Assembly (NCBI RefSeq): GCF_902652985.1
Contig: NC_047016.1
Span: 13,950,001-14,014,000, forward strand
Direction: 5' to 3'
Length of the DNA: 64,000 nt
Origin: Pecten maximus
Taxonomy: Eukaryota
Of the stretch, positions 14,648 through 28,995 are shown piece by piece (within the stretch, counting starts at the first letter, position 1; the number at the start of each line of letters is the position of its first letter). The translations under genes were made by a program, and so were the position numbers. The notes beneath the pieces are model-generated. The model did no database searches and was not told where the DNA came from. It saw only the letters and a list, made by a program, of their open reading frames with translations.

Positions 14648-17600
14648 TTAGAAAAGTATAGGGTCCTCTTCCTCATACTCTCTGTCCATGTACTGGTCAA
14701 CTAGTTTTTTGTACCAGGGTTTGCGTAAGATCTCCATCTGAGCCATGTGGTCAGTCTTTGCCTTCATTGACACTGGGACTGACCGACTTGAGAACATTTC
14801 CACGTCTTTGTCTATCACCTGGTCAAAGCCAGGAGCCACTGTAAACACACAAAAGTGGGGTTTAGCTTTATCACATTTAAAAGCATTTCCTTTTTAAAAG
14901 TAATTATTAGTTGAAATATTATAATACATCAAACTAACATGAAATCAAAATATCCCATGGGCTCCTTCAACTAAATAGCAACACTGACATGTACAATGAT
15001 TTTGTCAATCTTTTGTCCGTTAACTCCTTGTTTGATTTGTATCAACATTGCTTCATGTCACAGCAATATCTTTTAGCAATCAGGAGATAAATTTGACCTT
15101 GTCCTTAGACACAGTGAACTTAATCTTCTATTCGATTGCCTCATTTCCTTATGAGCAAATTAATACCAGTGAAGAGATACAGAATTTGACTTTTGACATA
15201 TAATAACTTGACATTTGGTCAGTTAGCTTAGATTTCATTCCCACTAAGTTATCATGAGTTATAATCTGATCTGATGACAATTGCTCAACTGATTTCTTAT
15301 TTAATTCCAACTGACTTTGCTTCATGCCATTGCAAATGCTGTTATTGTGGTTGGACTAATTGGACCGAAGTTGTTTGTTTGAACCAGGGAAGAACCTGGT
15401 AATTTTATTTTTTTTATTTTTTTAGGTTCATCAAGATAAATCAAATACTACATTTAAAAACATATCAACCGATTTGTCCACATAAAGAAACTGGCACAAA
15501 AGTTTGCTTTTTGCAGGTAAAGTTTATTTCTACTTTGTCTCATAGTACTAGCTTGTTTTTTGACCAGGTGACCTTGAAATTGTTGGATTGACATCAAATG
15601 GATATTTTTGGGGTAAAACCTTTTTTTACTGTCTACACCTACCTGCATTTTCAACATTAAGGCAATATTCTGCAAGTAAGTATAGATTCTGAATTCAGAG
15701 ATATTGATATTTTTATCTAATAACTTACACGAGAGAAGTTCTGAGTCTCTGTCTATTCGGCCAATCAAAGCCTCTCTGTGAGTCTGTTTCTCCCTGTTAG
15801 GGCGTGCTGTCATATAATACCTAGCCAACATCTCGGAAGCTTTGTTGTGAATCATCTCTAAATCATCTTTCTGGCAGTAACGAGCCTACAACATGAAAGT
15901 AAATGTTTGATATATTCATCAGGTGTGGCCATAAATTCAGATTTTCAACACATGCTTCTGAAATTTACCAATAATTAACAACAGGTAACAGGTAAAATTG
16001 TTCAATTCACTAATTTTGTGTAAACTTAACCCTGAAACACAGGTTAGGACCTAACTGCACAATTCCTTGTCCAATATGTTAGCTAAGTAACTCACAGGAT
16101 TTTCCTCCCTGTAGGCACGTATTTCCTTCTGTAGTTCCACTCTTCTCAGTTCATTCAACCCTGGTGGCTTTAGTTCTGCACGAGCCTTTTTCTTTCTATT
16201 TTCCAATCTTTCAAGCCATATTTTAACCTGAAGAACAAGAATTACATGTTATGAGATGACTTACCTGTTCCCCTTTGTCAGTTAAGTTTTAAGTAAACTC
16301 CAAATTCACTCAAATTTCTGTATTTTTTCCCAAAAAAACAATCAAAGCAAGCATACTGTGTAACATGTCCCCCCCCCCCCCCCCCCCCCCCCCCTCTCTC
16401 TCTCTGAATTACCTTGAACCGAAATCCCTAAAACTCAAACTTGTCCAAGATATTTAAATTGTCTTTTATCATTGTGTGAAGCTTGATCAAATCACTCAAG
16501 GACTGAAGCCACTCTAGAGTGCTGACAAACTTTGGCATTACATACATATGTGTAGAGAGGAAACCTATAGACCTCTCTGGTTTCAGGGGACACGTAACCT
16601 CCATGTTAATACAGTGACAGTATGTCAGCAATTTTGTAGACCTAAAGATATCTCTAAGCCTTCATGATCTATTGCAAAAGAAATAGCAAGTTTCCAAAAT
16701 TTACCTTAATATGACATTTTTCTTGAAGAGTTAAAACAAAATACATCTTATATATTACAGAATTCGTTTCAATGTAACTATTAGTACACCAAAATATAAT
16801 TCACATAATCTGTAGGGTGTGTTAAGAAGTCTATGCTACAATTTAACTGTAATCCAGGTTTGTTAAAAGGACACTGATTCTTTTTGAGAAACTGAGTTTA
16901 ACAAGAAAAATTAAAGTCTACAATCCCAGCATCTCTGATTTCCAGAGTCACTGATCTGACACCATCGGATACCATTTGGTAGGAAGTTAAACTGAAGAAA
17001 ATAATGACTATTAATTTAATGGAGATGCCTACTTCCCTAAATTTCAGACAACAGCACTTGTTTCATGAACCTGTATTGAACTACAATGATCCTTATACTG
17101 GAAACTTTGTCCATTGTTCAGGGGAGCAAAGAATGTCGGTGTCTGTCATTAAGATTTAGTATGTAGAATATTTGCATCCGTTCTAGGTAAAACCACATGA
17201 ACTTTTGTCAACATGCAGGAAAAGTAGAAGGTACATGTAAGTCTGGCTTGGAATCAATTATGGACGAATGCATGGATAGCAGAATAGTTTAGACAACACA
17301 ACACTATCCCTTCTCCACGTTAACAAGTGTTCTTACCGCCTGCTGTATCTTGATAGCAGCTTTGACCTGTCTGCCCATGTCTGTCCGCTGCTGGTTGGAT
17401 TTTCGTACATGATGACCACGCCACAACCTCTGTATTGTCACTGCAGCCTGAGTTTCTTCCTTCTGTAGGTAGCCCTCTACCTTGGCTGTGCACAGGCAAA
17501 ACAACACATCAATATAATTATGGATATACACAGGTATAAGTACTGGAAGGTTTGAAAGCTCTGATATTACACAGTAAATCTTATTTATAATAAGGGCACT

Positions 17601-20600
17601 TCACAGACATCCACTAACCAGCAGGAAGTATTTCTATGGATTGGAGCTGTTTTTCCTTGAAGTCCCTCATGATTCTTTGACGATTCAGCTTTAGCTGCCG
17701 CTGAAGCTCCAATGCTTCCTTCGCTTGCTCCTTTCGTTTCTCCATCACGGTTTTCTTTTTCCTAAAAACAAAGGCAGAAAAATTTGTTCAATGTTAGAAA
17801 AAAATGTATTTCTGTTTTTATGTCTACTACAAAAGGCTGATTCTAAATCAAAAAGTTCATGCAAGTACATATAATTTTTACCTGTATGTTCTTTGGAATT
17901 TCGTGAATGCCTTATCGGCTCGCTGTAACTTCACTCTTGTAATGAAGCCACGCCATCTTGTCTGGATTAGAATTGCTGCTCTAGTAAATTGCTGCAAAAC
18001 AGCAGAAAACATCATAAAATATCAATATTGCTGCAGGTTTTACTAAACCCAGTATGCCTTAAAAGTGTCTCGCAAAGAACATATTTAAATATGAAATTTA
18101 ATATCTTTGCACCAAATGCAAACATCAAGCATTGAAGGTATAGTTTGATATACGATTTACTTCTTCAATTGAACAAATTATAAAAAGACAAAACTTCAAA
18201 TGTAAATATCCATTAAGTTGCTAAGACATGAAATGAAAGCTCTCAATTTTCCCCCTCCTCCAAGTCCATTTTTGTAAAATCATTTTGTCTTTGGAATCAT
18301 TTCAGGTTTTTGCAGATACATTTTCAAAAGGAAATTCTTTGCTATGAAAATCGGTTCCTTTATATACAGGAACATAAGATTATCAAAATATTGTTTTCAA
18401 CATTGTGTGTCCATTCTTCCATGCTTTTCAAGGCTAAAGAGAGAAATGATGCTTCTCGTGGTAGACATTCAAACTAAGGTCTTTTTAAGTTTGCAGATTA
18501 ACCACAGATTAACCACAGATCGAGACAGGGATGTGAGAATTTAACACCCTGAATTCCCAAAAGAAGAGTGGAATTAAAACTATTTACAGTTCATACCTCT
18601 AACTCTGCCATCTGAGCATTGCCTGCCTGCAGTAACATGTTGAGGTCTTTGAGATCCTTGCCAAACCCTCGTCCCTCCCACTTACCAAGAAGTGGTCTAA
18701 CTCCCCTGCAATACAAGCATCACAATAATAATCCTTTCAGTATACCAAATTGATGATCTGGCTCTGCTAGACTATGTTGATATGGCTGAACAATCTAATG
18801 TTTGTATATTGTATTTTTCCTAGGGATGCCTACTCATCATCCTTAGACATAAAACATTTCATTACATGAAGCATATTTCTTAAAGACTTCTTATTGTCAA
18901 ATAAAGATTATTTATATCAAAAATCTTTACAGCGGTTTCAATGTGTTCATAACTTACTTGTATCTTGTACAAAGTGTATCCACCATAGGCTTGTAAAAGT
19001 CACATATTCTCAACACACACTTGGTTGCCGCTCTGAAGAAGTAAACATGTTAATGTTAGTAGTAGTTTCCCTGAAACTAAACCCCAACTGAGGATGTGTT
19101 GTCTTATTCACAATAGATCCTACTGATTTTCTTAAATATTTGCAGAAGTTTTGACTGTTGGAAAAATGAACAAAGGCCGTAGTAAATAGTGATGCAAAGA
19201 TCACAGTCATAATATGCAAGGTACTGAGTATTTCCATGCGAAATTAGGGTAGTATAAAAGACAGCTGTTGATGGCTAAAATTCAAACTAGTCCTTTAATC
19301 TAACTGTACTGGTCAAACAGGTTTCTAGTATACATCTATATGTCTATTGACTATCAATGGCCTGGATTGGAGGAAGGTTCAAATATACTATCAAACAGAC
19401 ACTAGGAAAATGATCAACACAAACAAGCATCAACTAAAAACAAACTGATATCCTTGATCATAAAAAGTTGATTTTATCTTATTGTATTTTGTTGACTTAC
19501 GCTCCAATTTGAACTTCGTTGTTGACCGATAACTTGTACACCAATTCATCCATAATACTATTGACCAACTTAGTGTCCAGCTCCTTCAGCAGTTTCCTAT
19601 AACATAAACCAATCTTCATCATTTCTCTGTAAAATATCAATTTATTATAGCTTAATTAAGAACATATGATATAATGCAATAATGCCATGGTCTTTAACAT
19701 GAACAACTACAATCCACATTCATAATATTAACTCTTCTTATTTTGGTTGCAATGAGAAGAGCTCAACATTCAGTTTTGGTTTGGTTTGTTTAATGTCCTA
19801 TCAATAGCTATGATCATTTAAGGATGATATAGACCTCAACTTAATAATAAAATTATCAAATTACCCACGGAACAAAACATTGGCAATTTCTTTGTCAAAT
19901 GATTGGAAAGGCTCATATAATGCTTTGGTGATTTTTGAAATGTACTTGGTGCATAATATGGGCAAAAGTTCAATGAAATCACAGTATGTTTAATACACAA
20001 ACAAATGAAGAAATGAAATGATATTAATGGTAAAAAAAAATGTCTAGATCATATAAAATTACAATCTAATTAAACTATAGATGTTTATTTTCACAAGGTT
20101 ACATGAACATCCAATAACATCGTATAAGGGGTCATGTCAGGATAACCTTTGTTACCTCAATATTTCACTTTCAGGTCGAATTGTCAATTTTTTCGATGTC
20201 ATCGATCTCACTGATTTGTCACATCATGCATCTGAAGCTATCCATTTCAGTACAGCAGCATGTATATAGCTATGTGCTTTGTTGGACAAAATGACTTGAA
20301 GCAGATTGACAGATTATGCAGGCAGTGGACTCTAGTCATGCTATTTTGCACATACGAAATTCACTTCCAAGATACTGTGAGTAGTAATTTGATTGGTTAA
20401 TCCAAAAGGTCATCCTGACATGACCCCTTATGCGATGTTGTTACATGTTCATGTAACGTAGTGAGAATGACCATCTAGATTTTAATTAGATTGATAAAAC
20501 CAATGACATTTCTTGATAAATGGTTGGGGAAGAGAAGTATTGATATAGACATTAAATATATTATTAAGACCACTGAACAAAAGTAGAAAACAAAGACAGC

Positions 20601-23600
20601 TATACCCAGTATTGACATCCACTTATTACAACCAACAACCACTATCTTAATGGAGATGATTGATATGTACCGATTGACCCTAAGAATTTTTGGAAGTAGA
20701 TCCATCACACCAGCTACAGTATCAGCATCATCTGATATCAACAGCTGCAGTAACCAAGGTGACTCGATCACTGAAAAGACAAAAAAATGATAGTATTTTA
20801 AAAAATCTATATAATACTGCACATGTATATAATAATATACCAGTACAAACATTTATCCCAAACTTTACAAGTTATTAATTATTGTTTCAGAAAAATATCA
20901 TATAGTACTCTTGTATCTTAAGGCAGATGTTTAAATACATCTACAATATAATCTAATGTAAAAATAATAATAATGAATCTATGTATTGCATACAATACAC
21001 TTTATGTCACATGTAGCTTGTAGTGTTTCGATCATCACTATCAATAGAAATAATAACTAATACACTCAGACATACCATTTCTACAGATGAAGACGTGACC
21101 AGATGCTATATAGGTAATTGATTCCAACACTCCCCTGTAACACACCATTAGCCGCTGCCGATCTTTCTGTATTCCCTAATTTGGAAAAAGAATTCTCTGT
21201 TACCATTTACACAGGCAAAATAAGGTACCATATAAGCCTGTATTTGGATAAACAGAATGTGAAAATAAATTACCATTACAGGTTAGTGTATCTAAAGAAC
21301 CACAGATCAACAAAGTCTATCTTATAACTTATATCTTATAAGTTTATCTTATAACTACATAATGTTTTATAAAATATTAGCATAGATTAATGAAATGATA
21401 ATGATTTAAGGACTCCCGATTCTTTAATGATATTGAATACTTAAGATATTTCATTAAGAACACATGTATTTCAGAATCATTTCATGGAATTAATGTAACC
21501 TACCGTCACATTAGGTAATTTGGAGTATCTAGTCTGTATTCTTCGTGCTAGAAGGAACAGGTTGTTGATTGCCTCAGGAAGACTCTCTGTCTCAAATTTG
21601 TTTCTGTCTTTTCCCTTGAGCACCATACCAGCACACACTTGGCTACAGATATATATAAACAAGACATGTCAACATAACAAAGTAAACAAACATGTGGAAC
21701 TGTCATAGAGGAATATCTAACATGGAGCCATATAAAGCTTTTGGCCTGCTAGATTTTGTATAGCCAAAGCTGCCCCCTCCCCAGTCTGATTTAACCAGGG
21801 TTTCCACTTGACATTTAAATTTGAGAGTTATGTTTTCTTTTGCAGGGTCATGTTGATCAATTTGACATATATTTGGCCAATCTGATTTGTGATAATAAGA
21901 TTTGTCTTCTAACTATTTGTCAAGGGTTAACTCTTTTTCAATACCTTTCAAATTCATGATGTCTCTTGACAATCATTTGGTAACATTTACAGTTATATCT
22001 ATATAGTCCTGAGGTGCAGAGATCAAATGTGAACATAACCCTTAGATTTGATTAGAAAATTATAAGAGAACAAAATACTGGTTTAAAGTGGTTTAATTAT
22101 CATTAGCGAGAACTGTATTACTGTATATAAAGTTCAAAGTTGTTATGATGTTTTGATAAAATGGAGTGGAAATAGAAATGTATTCAACAGGGCAAATAGT
22201 ATTAGAGATTATTTGAATAATCTAGGATTTGGAGATGTATGGTTGAACCCATTCAATGTATGTTATGAAGAATTAACTCTGCTAGAGATTAAACAGAAAT
22301 TTATTTGATCAAAGGGAGAAAATTCTACAAGCTGCTTCATCTAAATGTTTTTATATAAATATCTTAATGTTCATAAACTTTCTCTACAATTGTATCTATC
22401 AAAATATATACCTGTCAAATATAGAATATGTCTCGCTAAATTATACATGTATTTCATCTCATTCAGTGGAAATTGAGACAGGAAGATCCAGAATTTGATA
22501 AACAATGTAATTCCCTTGATGTGGAAAATGAATTTCACTTTTTACTAACTTGTTACAAATTTCAAAATCCTAGAGTTAAATAACTGTAGGTAAAAAATAT
22601 TGGAAAAGTGCTTCAGTTTTTAAGGCTATCCAGCTTCTAAATTTGCAAGCATTATTGAACTACCAGGAATGTGCATAAGGTAAAATATATTTTCAAATCA
22701 AATAAGTTAAGAACTGCTTGAATATGTTTTGATCTGATATATAATTGTATATTGTATGTAATAAGGGATTCATTCTCTATACATTATTCTGTATTGAATC
22801 TCTATTATATTTTTGCTCTGTTATACTGATGGGCCAATGGCCTAAAGTTTTGAATAAAACTTAAATAACCCCAGGAATTTCAAGGGTGCCTAACATCAAT
22901 TTGTGATTTAGTTTATAAAGTCAAAGCAAGTTACATATAAATTGGCAATGGATCAATGTCTGTCAGTATGTAGTCTACACACTGGTAATCAACCAAAACT
23001 ATACATTACCTGAGGATAGCAGCCAAGGCTGCTGCTGTCTGCCAGTCACCATCTACAATGCTGAAGTCTTGTTTCAATACAAGAAGAAGGACATGAAGCA
23101 GGTTGTAGTCCCATATCTCATGCCTCAACTTTATCGCTTCTTTTGAGCCAACAGGAACAGAACTTAAAATTCCTGTAAAAACATAATTATTCAAACAATT
23201 AAAAACAATTGGTCAATGATTAGGTGATATAATATTGTTCAGTATATGTTATGTTCAGTACAATCTGCTTTTGATGAAAAACTACATACATTTATTTACC
23301 AAAGGCAATGCTTTAAATATTTTTGCCATATTGATGACAATTATAAGCCAGTTGCTTTGCTCTGAACAACAGATGGATTTTGACATTACATATATTATGC
23401 CATAATCAATCTTTGACTAATGACCATATGCTAAACATCTATATTCTGAAATGCTTCCAGGATCCGCACTAGTTGTATTGTTGATTAAGTTGGCATGAGT
23501 AAAGAAGTTTGAAGCATAGGCGCTTGAAATGTCTTTATTCGTTATACGATATATACTTCGGTTTACTGACAAAATTCAAAACGCACGATGGACCTTGAGA

Positions 23601-24172
23601 AGACGGATGATTATTGGTATCTACAGTACAGGCAGCTGATTTATAAGTTTAGTTATGAAGATAAGTGTTTGTCAAAAGCAGGCCTAGTCCTAAGGATAAG
23701 GGAATCTTGTCTGGCACGTTTGGAGAGCAGAATATTTTACTGCTTCTGAGACTAGATTTGAATAGCCAGAATAGGCCTATATTTATCTAGGCTTTTAACA
23801 ATTGAACTACTCAACTAGCTCTCTGTCTGTCTGCATCAAAAATGATGGAACCTTCAGTTGTGCTCATCTTTTTCGAAAACAAAAAAAAATGTAATTTCTT
23901 ACTGACGTTAGTGACGTAATGACCAAAATAATAAGAACATCAGTAAATAAAACAGAATGTTTAAATTTACAACAGATTCTGACGAGGTAACATGTAAGAC
24001 GGATGAAAACCAGCTGAAAACCTGACAGAACATGTTTTTGTTGTGTGCAAGTTACAAACTCACCTTTTAGATTCATTAAAAGAATTGGAACACGCCTATC
24101 TTTCGTATCTGCTATTTCTCCGGCTAGATTAAGGACACGCTTGTCCCGATCGGGACTTGCGTACCTCGACAT
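14648..24172 (-). CDS. IQCB1: IQ calmodulin-binding motif-containing protein 1 (nephrocystin-5), 14 exons
   Basis: Exons (high-low) 24172-24064, 23172-23010, 21642-21504, 21175-21076, 20770-20671, 19596-19501, 19032-18958, 18705-18597, 17991-17882, 17761-17619, 17485-17337, 16227-16096, 15885-15729, 14838-14648; in phase. N-terminal RVPILLMNLK and YNLLHVLLLVLKQDFS; IQ motifs IQTRWRGF, IQRLWRGH, IQQAV; C-terminal FSSRSVPV..KPWYKKL. Confidence 0.92.
19774..19825 (-). mobile_element. SINE 3' tail relic
   Basis: Reverse complement CCTTAAATGATCATAGCTATTGATAGGACATTAAACAAACCAAACC resembles the tail at 11295. Confidence 0.5.
20087..20468. mobile_element. Fold-back element/MITE with imperfect TIRs of about 65 bp
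   Basis: Left TCACAAGGTTACATGAACATCCAATAACATCGTATAAGGGGTCATGTCAGGATAACCTTT matches the reverse complement of the right end TCACTACGTTACATGAACATGTAACAACATCGCATAAGGGGTCATGTCAGGATGACCTTT. Confidence 0.8.
22060..22865 (+). mobile_element. Heavily decayed 3' end of a LINE (probably CR1/L2 group) in an IQCB1 intron
   Basis: Relic peptides NNLGFGDVWLNP, VEIETGR and DVENEFHFLLTC; terminal GGCCAATGGCC stem followed by AATAAA. Confidence 0.6.
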
Positions 24173-24610
24173 ATTGGAATTTGGATACAAGACTAATTCC
24201 TATGGCAAAAGCGACATTTTTGTTTACAACCGCGAAGGCGCTTGATCTAAATCTATGTCTTTCGAACGTTTTCATGGACTTCACAACACACAAGACGGAG
24301 TGTAATAATTTTCCGTAATTTCCGAAATAAAAACTGGGTAATAAAAATGGTTTTAATTTCAATGTATATAGATTATATGATCCAGGCGACATTTTGTATC
24401 TGTTAGTAAAGATATGGATTGGTACAGATTTAGAGATAAAAACCAACAAATACTGTGATATTCGATGTCTCGTTTCCGGAAATTATTAATTCGTTTCCTG
24501 ACCAGAACTTAGTGGGTCGAATGGCGGGAGTGAAGGAAAACATTGAAACTTCAGACTTCAAGGCTGTATGACTATCGTGTGATTTTTATCACGGCTTATC
24601 GATTTTCAGA
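24173..24610. promoter_or_regulatory. Putative bidirectional promoter IQCB1/HUS1
   Basis: 438 bp between divergent ATGs; locally CpG-rich; ATTGG box near 24418, TTTCCGGAA near 24473, E2F-like GGCGGGA at 24523-24529. Confidence 0.65.
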
Positions 24611-27600
24611 ATGAGGTTTAGAGGGAAAATCATCGACATTGGCTGTATTCAACATTTTACACGTAAAATGATTTTTGTTGGGTGTTGGTTGATAATTTTC
24701 GCGTGTATGTTAGTGTTGGTCCCATCACCTGATCACAGCCACAGGGGCTTGTAATAGGGGTCGTTTTTTTTCTTGGAGACACCAGTACATATAATATATC
24801 ACATGAACAATCCGTTTAAATATCACCAATCTCCCTTATTGGTCTCAAAAATGATAATATGTATGGGTATGCATACCTTTTGGTTATTTGCAAAGTATAC
24901 GTAGTAATAATATAAAATTATAAGTACACTTATACTATAGACCTTACAGTAGTGTAACTGTCGAAAGTTATCAAAATTGTAAATCAAGTTATTTATAATT
25001 ATACCCTGCTCATTTGTAAGAGGTTCCCTCTTCTCGCGGCAACTAAAAAATGTGTGTAAAATGCATGAACAGTTTTTTTTCTACATCATGATCAATTGTA
25101 TGAAAGCTGTGGTGGACTGTGTTCAACAATTATAATATAATCATAAACAAAATGATATAAACAATCACATTGTCTTTCAGCTAAATAATTATAATTTATA
25201 TATATATGTTTACAAAAACAATAATAATGACACATGCCACTGCAAGAAGAGTGAACTATATACGTGTATCTGGTAAAAAGTGTTGTACACTTAATGGGTA
25301 ATATACAATTGTAAATAAGTATAAGTTGATCATGATGATAGATCACCAGGCAACATATGTCAAATTGAATTGTGTGCTTCCAGGAGTAATAGGGACATTG
25401 TCCAAGTTGATCAAAACCTGTGTACTACGAATAACCCCAGGGAACTGGTACTTCATCTTGTCTGAGAGAGCAGTGAACGGTGGAATACAGATTTGGAGTG
25501 AACTTCCTCAGGTAATTGATGAAAGCACTACTGTACATTTGCATTAGCTCTACAATTTAATATCTACATGTTTTAATCACTTCATTTACATTTCCAGTCA
25601 ATGTGATCAGATGATTTGAACCCCCCCCCCCCCCCCCCCCCCCCCCCCAAAATAACAAAAAAAACTGAACTTCTCCAGGATTTTATCATAAAATACCAGT
25701 ATATTTTGCAAACCCTCACTTTTAAATAAATAAGAAAAAAAGGATAAAGTCCTCTCAGATCAATGCATATGTGTGTAAGCAGTTCATATTGACAATAACG
25801 TACACAACAAACAACTTCAATTGCCTCCATGAACTCCTTATATTCTTTAAAGAAATGGTAGCATATATTATGCAATAGCCCAAGTTTCCCTTGACCCTGA
25901 CTCTAGACTAAGACATTCTGACAGATAGGTGTCTGACATTGGGCATTTATTTGTCAGAATGTCCAAGTCTGGATTCCTTTCTAAATGTTATCAGTCTTCT
26001 GCATGGTATATACATATACAATGTAGCTATTTGGGGTTCACAAGCTCTATGTACTGTACTATTTGAAGTTTATGACTACTTTATCATCTATTACCATTAA
26101 GTATGCATATGCTTGTTATCATAAGAGTGATACAAATGAACAGTCATTATGTTTTGGGGGGGGGGGGGGGGGGGGGGGGGGGGCCAATAATGGGCTAATT
26201 CCCGTTCAAATTCATTTCATATTTATGGTAAATTCACAAAATTTGCTGTTAAATCCCTCAAATTTCCTTTGAAATTTTAAAGTTTTCCTCCCAAAATGAG
26301 GCAAAAAGGCCCCATCCTAAATCAGTGAGAAGAAGAACAGATTTCATGTGCTATGAACTATGATTTGTATATATCTTTGTCAGTGTAGATAACCAACTCA
26401 TTTGTCCATGTATTTTCATCAGTGATTATCAAGGACTTTGAAAAAGGCTAACCTTCATTTCAGGGACATTTCTTTGATGAATATGCAATGGAAGGCGTAT
26501 CAGAAGAAGACAATGAAATTTTCTTGGAGCTTGCTCCAGAAAATTTGATGAAGGCTTTAAAAACTGCCCAAAGTGCTAAGTGGCTGAAGATCAAGCTCAC
26601 CAAGAAGCATGCTCCCTGTCTAACAGTGGAGGTAGACCTGGTAAGGAAATTTTAAATTGATAATGATATATGTCATTATTGTATTAATGTAATACAAAAA
26701 ATGCTGAAAACAAATATTAAATCTTTTCCCTCTCATCTTAAATATGATGTTCCATATATGTGAGTGAGGCTCTGGATCATGAAATTATTTCCTAAATATG
26801 TCGACAATTTAGTTATGAAAAGTAATGTATTAATATTTTCAGCCTACCTTGAGTGCTCACTCCCGCACAGTAGTGCATGACATCCCAGTCACAGTCATAC
26901 CTCGTCGGCTCTGGACAGACTTTGAAGAGCCAGAGCTCCCACGCTTTGATGTAAGAGCCATCTCTTTTATAAAGTTTCATGTTGATGTACTTTTTAGATA
27001 AACCATGTGTATGTAGTCTGATTAAAATGTTTCTTGAAACAGTAGTTGAAATATCTTTATAATATGTACAGATACTGTTTACAATAAATCATTAAAAGTT
27101 ATTAAGTTTATGTCTGACAGTGTCTGATATCTACAGATTAATTCCTAGCTCTAACAGAAGTTGTCTGTTGTAGGTTAGTGTTGTGATGCCTCAGCTCAAG
27201 TTACTGAGAAATGTGGTGGAGAAAATGAAGAACCTCAACAATTTTGTGGTAAGTAACTTTTCCTGATATTGATGTTATATCCTGATTTTCAAATGACCCC
27301 AAATATACCTTGTCTGTTATCAGGGATATGTCTTCTCTGTATTTATCTGGGTATTTTCCACTTCATCATGGTAAATGGAAATCTTTTTTTTTAGGTCCTG
27401 TCTGCCAATCAAATGGGAGAGATGAAGTTGATGGTAGAGACAGACATGGTATCAATTAGTACCCATTTCAAGGACCTTATTAACCCCACCAGTAAGTTCA
27501 TAAAATCTTAACCAGCTTTTAAATTAGTCACAATACACACATCGGTATCATGACTAAAGGGTGTGGCACATTCCACAATCTAGTCATGATACACATATAT

Positions 27601-28553
27601 ATTAGAAGTATGACATCTTATAAAAGCATCATATTCCTTTTTTATTTTTTTCTCTCTTAAGTTCAAGTTACTTAAACTGTAACAAGCAGGCTACTGTTTG
27701 ACAAGTCAGAAATCACTGATTATTAGTGATAGATCCGACTTAATATTCATCATAAATCAAATCACTCCTGACTAGCCTTTGAAAGGGATAGATGAATGTT
27801 CTTAAGCAGATTTTGTTTTTATTAAGATATTAATTTATATGGTTAAGATTTTCTGTGTTAACCTCCTACACAGGCACAGACCCTATGTTGAATCCATCCC
27901 AGGAAGACCGAGATCCTCAGGCATTCTACAAAACCAGGATTGATATTCGCAAATTATCACAATTTCTTGCCAGTCAACAGTTCAACCCCACACGAGTCAT
28001 CTGTAGTATGTTATCAGATTTACTGTTTCTCGTATTTTTTACATGATGTATGCTGGGAACATTGAGTAATAAAGGTGGTTATAGATAGGTCATGTGATGA
28101 GATAAAATAAACTATGTTTAAGAAGGCCAACTCTGCCCTCAATATCCCCATGGACATCACCTTTTCAAACGACTCACCCCTGTTAATTCATTACTTTACA
28201 CTCATTATGCATAATTTCTTTCTGTATATTGGTTCTAAGTATGTTAGAGAAACTTGTAGTAATCATGCCTTTTGTTTTCGCTAAGTTATGGCAATAACTT
28301 CATCTTTTTTTAGTGACTGCACCAGCATACAATAAGTTCTTGCTTAGGGTATTTGTACACCTATTATTTATCTTTGATATAACTTTTGATGTAAATCTTG
28401 TGTTTTGTAAGATCTACCATATACAATATGTGTTTGATATTTTATCTTTCATTACTTCCATTTTCAGATGTTGTCAACAACAGGACAGTACATTTTCTTC
28501 TTCTCCAGGACGATGTGTCCCTACAGTACTTCATGCCTGTGATAGCCTCCTGA
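24611..28553 (+). CDS. HUS1: Checkpoint clamp (9-1-1) subunit HUS1, 8 exons
   Basis: Exons 24611-24662, 25384-25511, 26464-26640, 26843-26950, 27174-27248, 27395-27491, 27874-28005, 28468-28553. [79 protein letters not shown]. Confidence 0.95.
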
Positions 28554-28995
28554 CAGCTGTACCTAGCAATATGTGTTTGACAGTCATACCCAGCAATACT
28601 ACATAGTCCTGCAGTGTCCCTTCGGTACTTCATGACTGATGGCCTCCTGACAGTCATACCCAGCAATACTGCATATTCCTTAGGGTCTCTACAGTGTTAA
28701 TGCTTGTGATGGCCCCCTGACAGCCGTACCCAGCAATACTACATATTCCTTAGGGTCTCTACAGTGTTAATGCTTGTGATGGCCTCCTGACAGCCGTACC
28801 CAGCAATACTGCATATTCCTTAGGGTCTCTACAGTGTTAATGCTTGTGATGGCCCCCTGACAGCCGTACCCAGCAATACTACATATTCCTTAGGGTCTCT
28901 ACAGTGTTATTGCTTGTGATGGCCTCCTGACAGCCGTACCCAGCAATACATGTATCCCTCCAGTGTCCCTACAGTACTTCATGTGTGTGACACAT
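28514..28995. repeat. 70-bp tandem repeat overlapping the HUS1 stop codon and 3' UTR
   Basis: TAGGGTCTCTACAGTGTTA at 28681, 28751, 28821 and 28891; flanking units match the coding GTGTCCCTACAGTACTTCATG. Confidence 0.9.
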
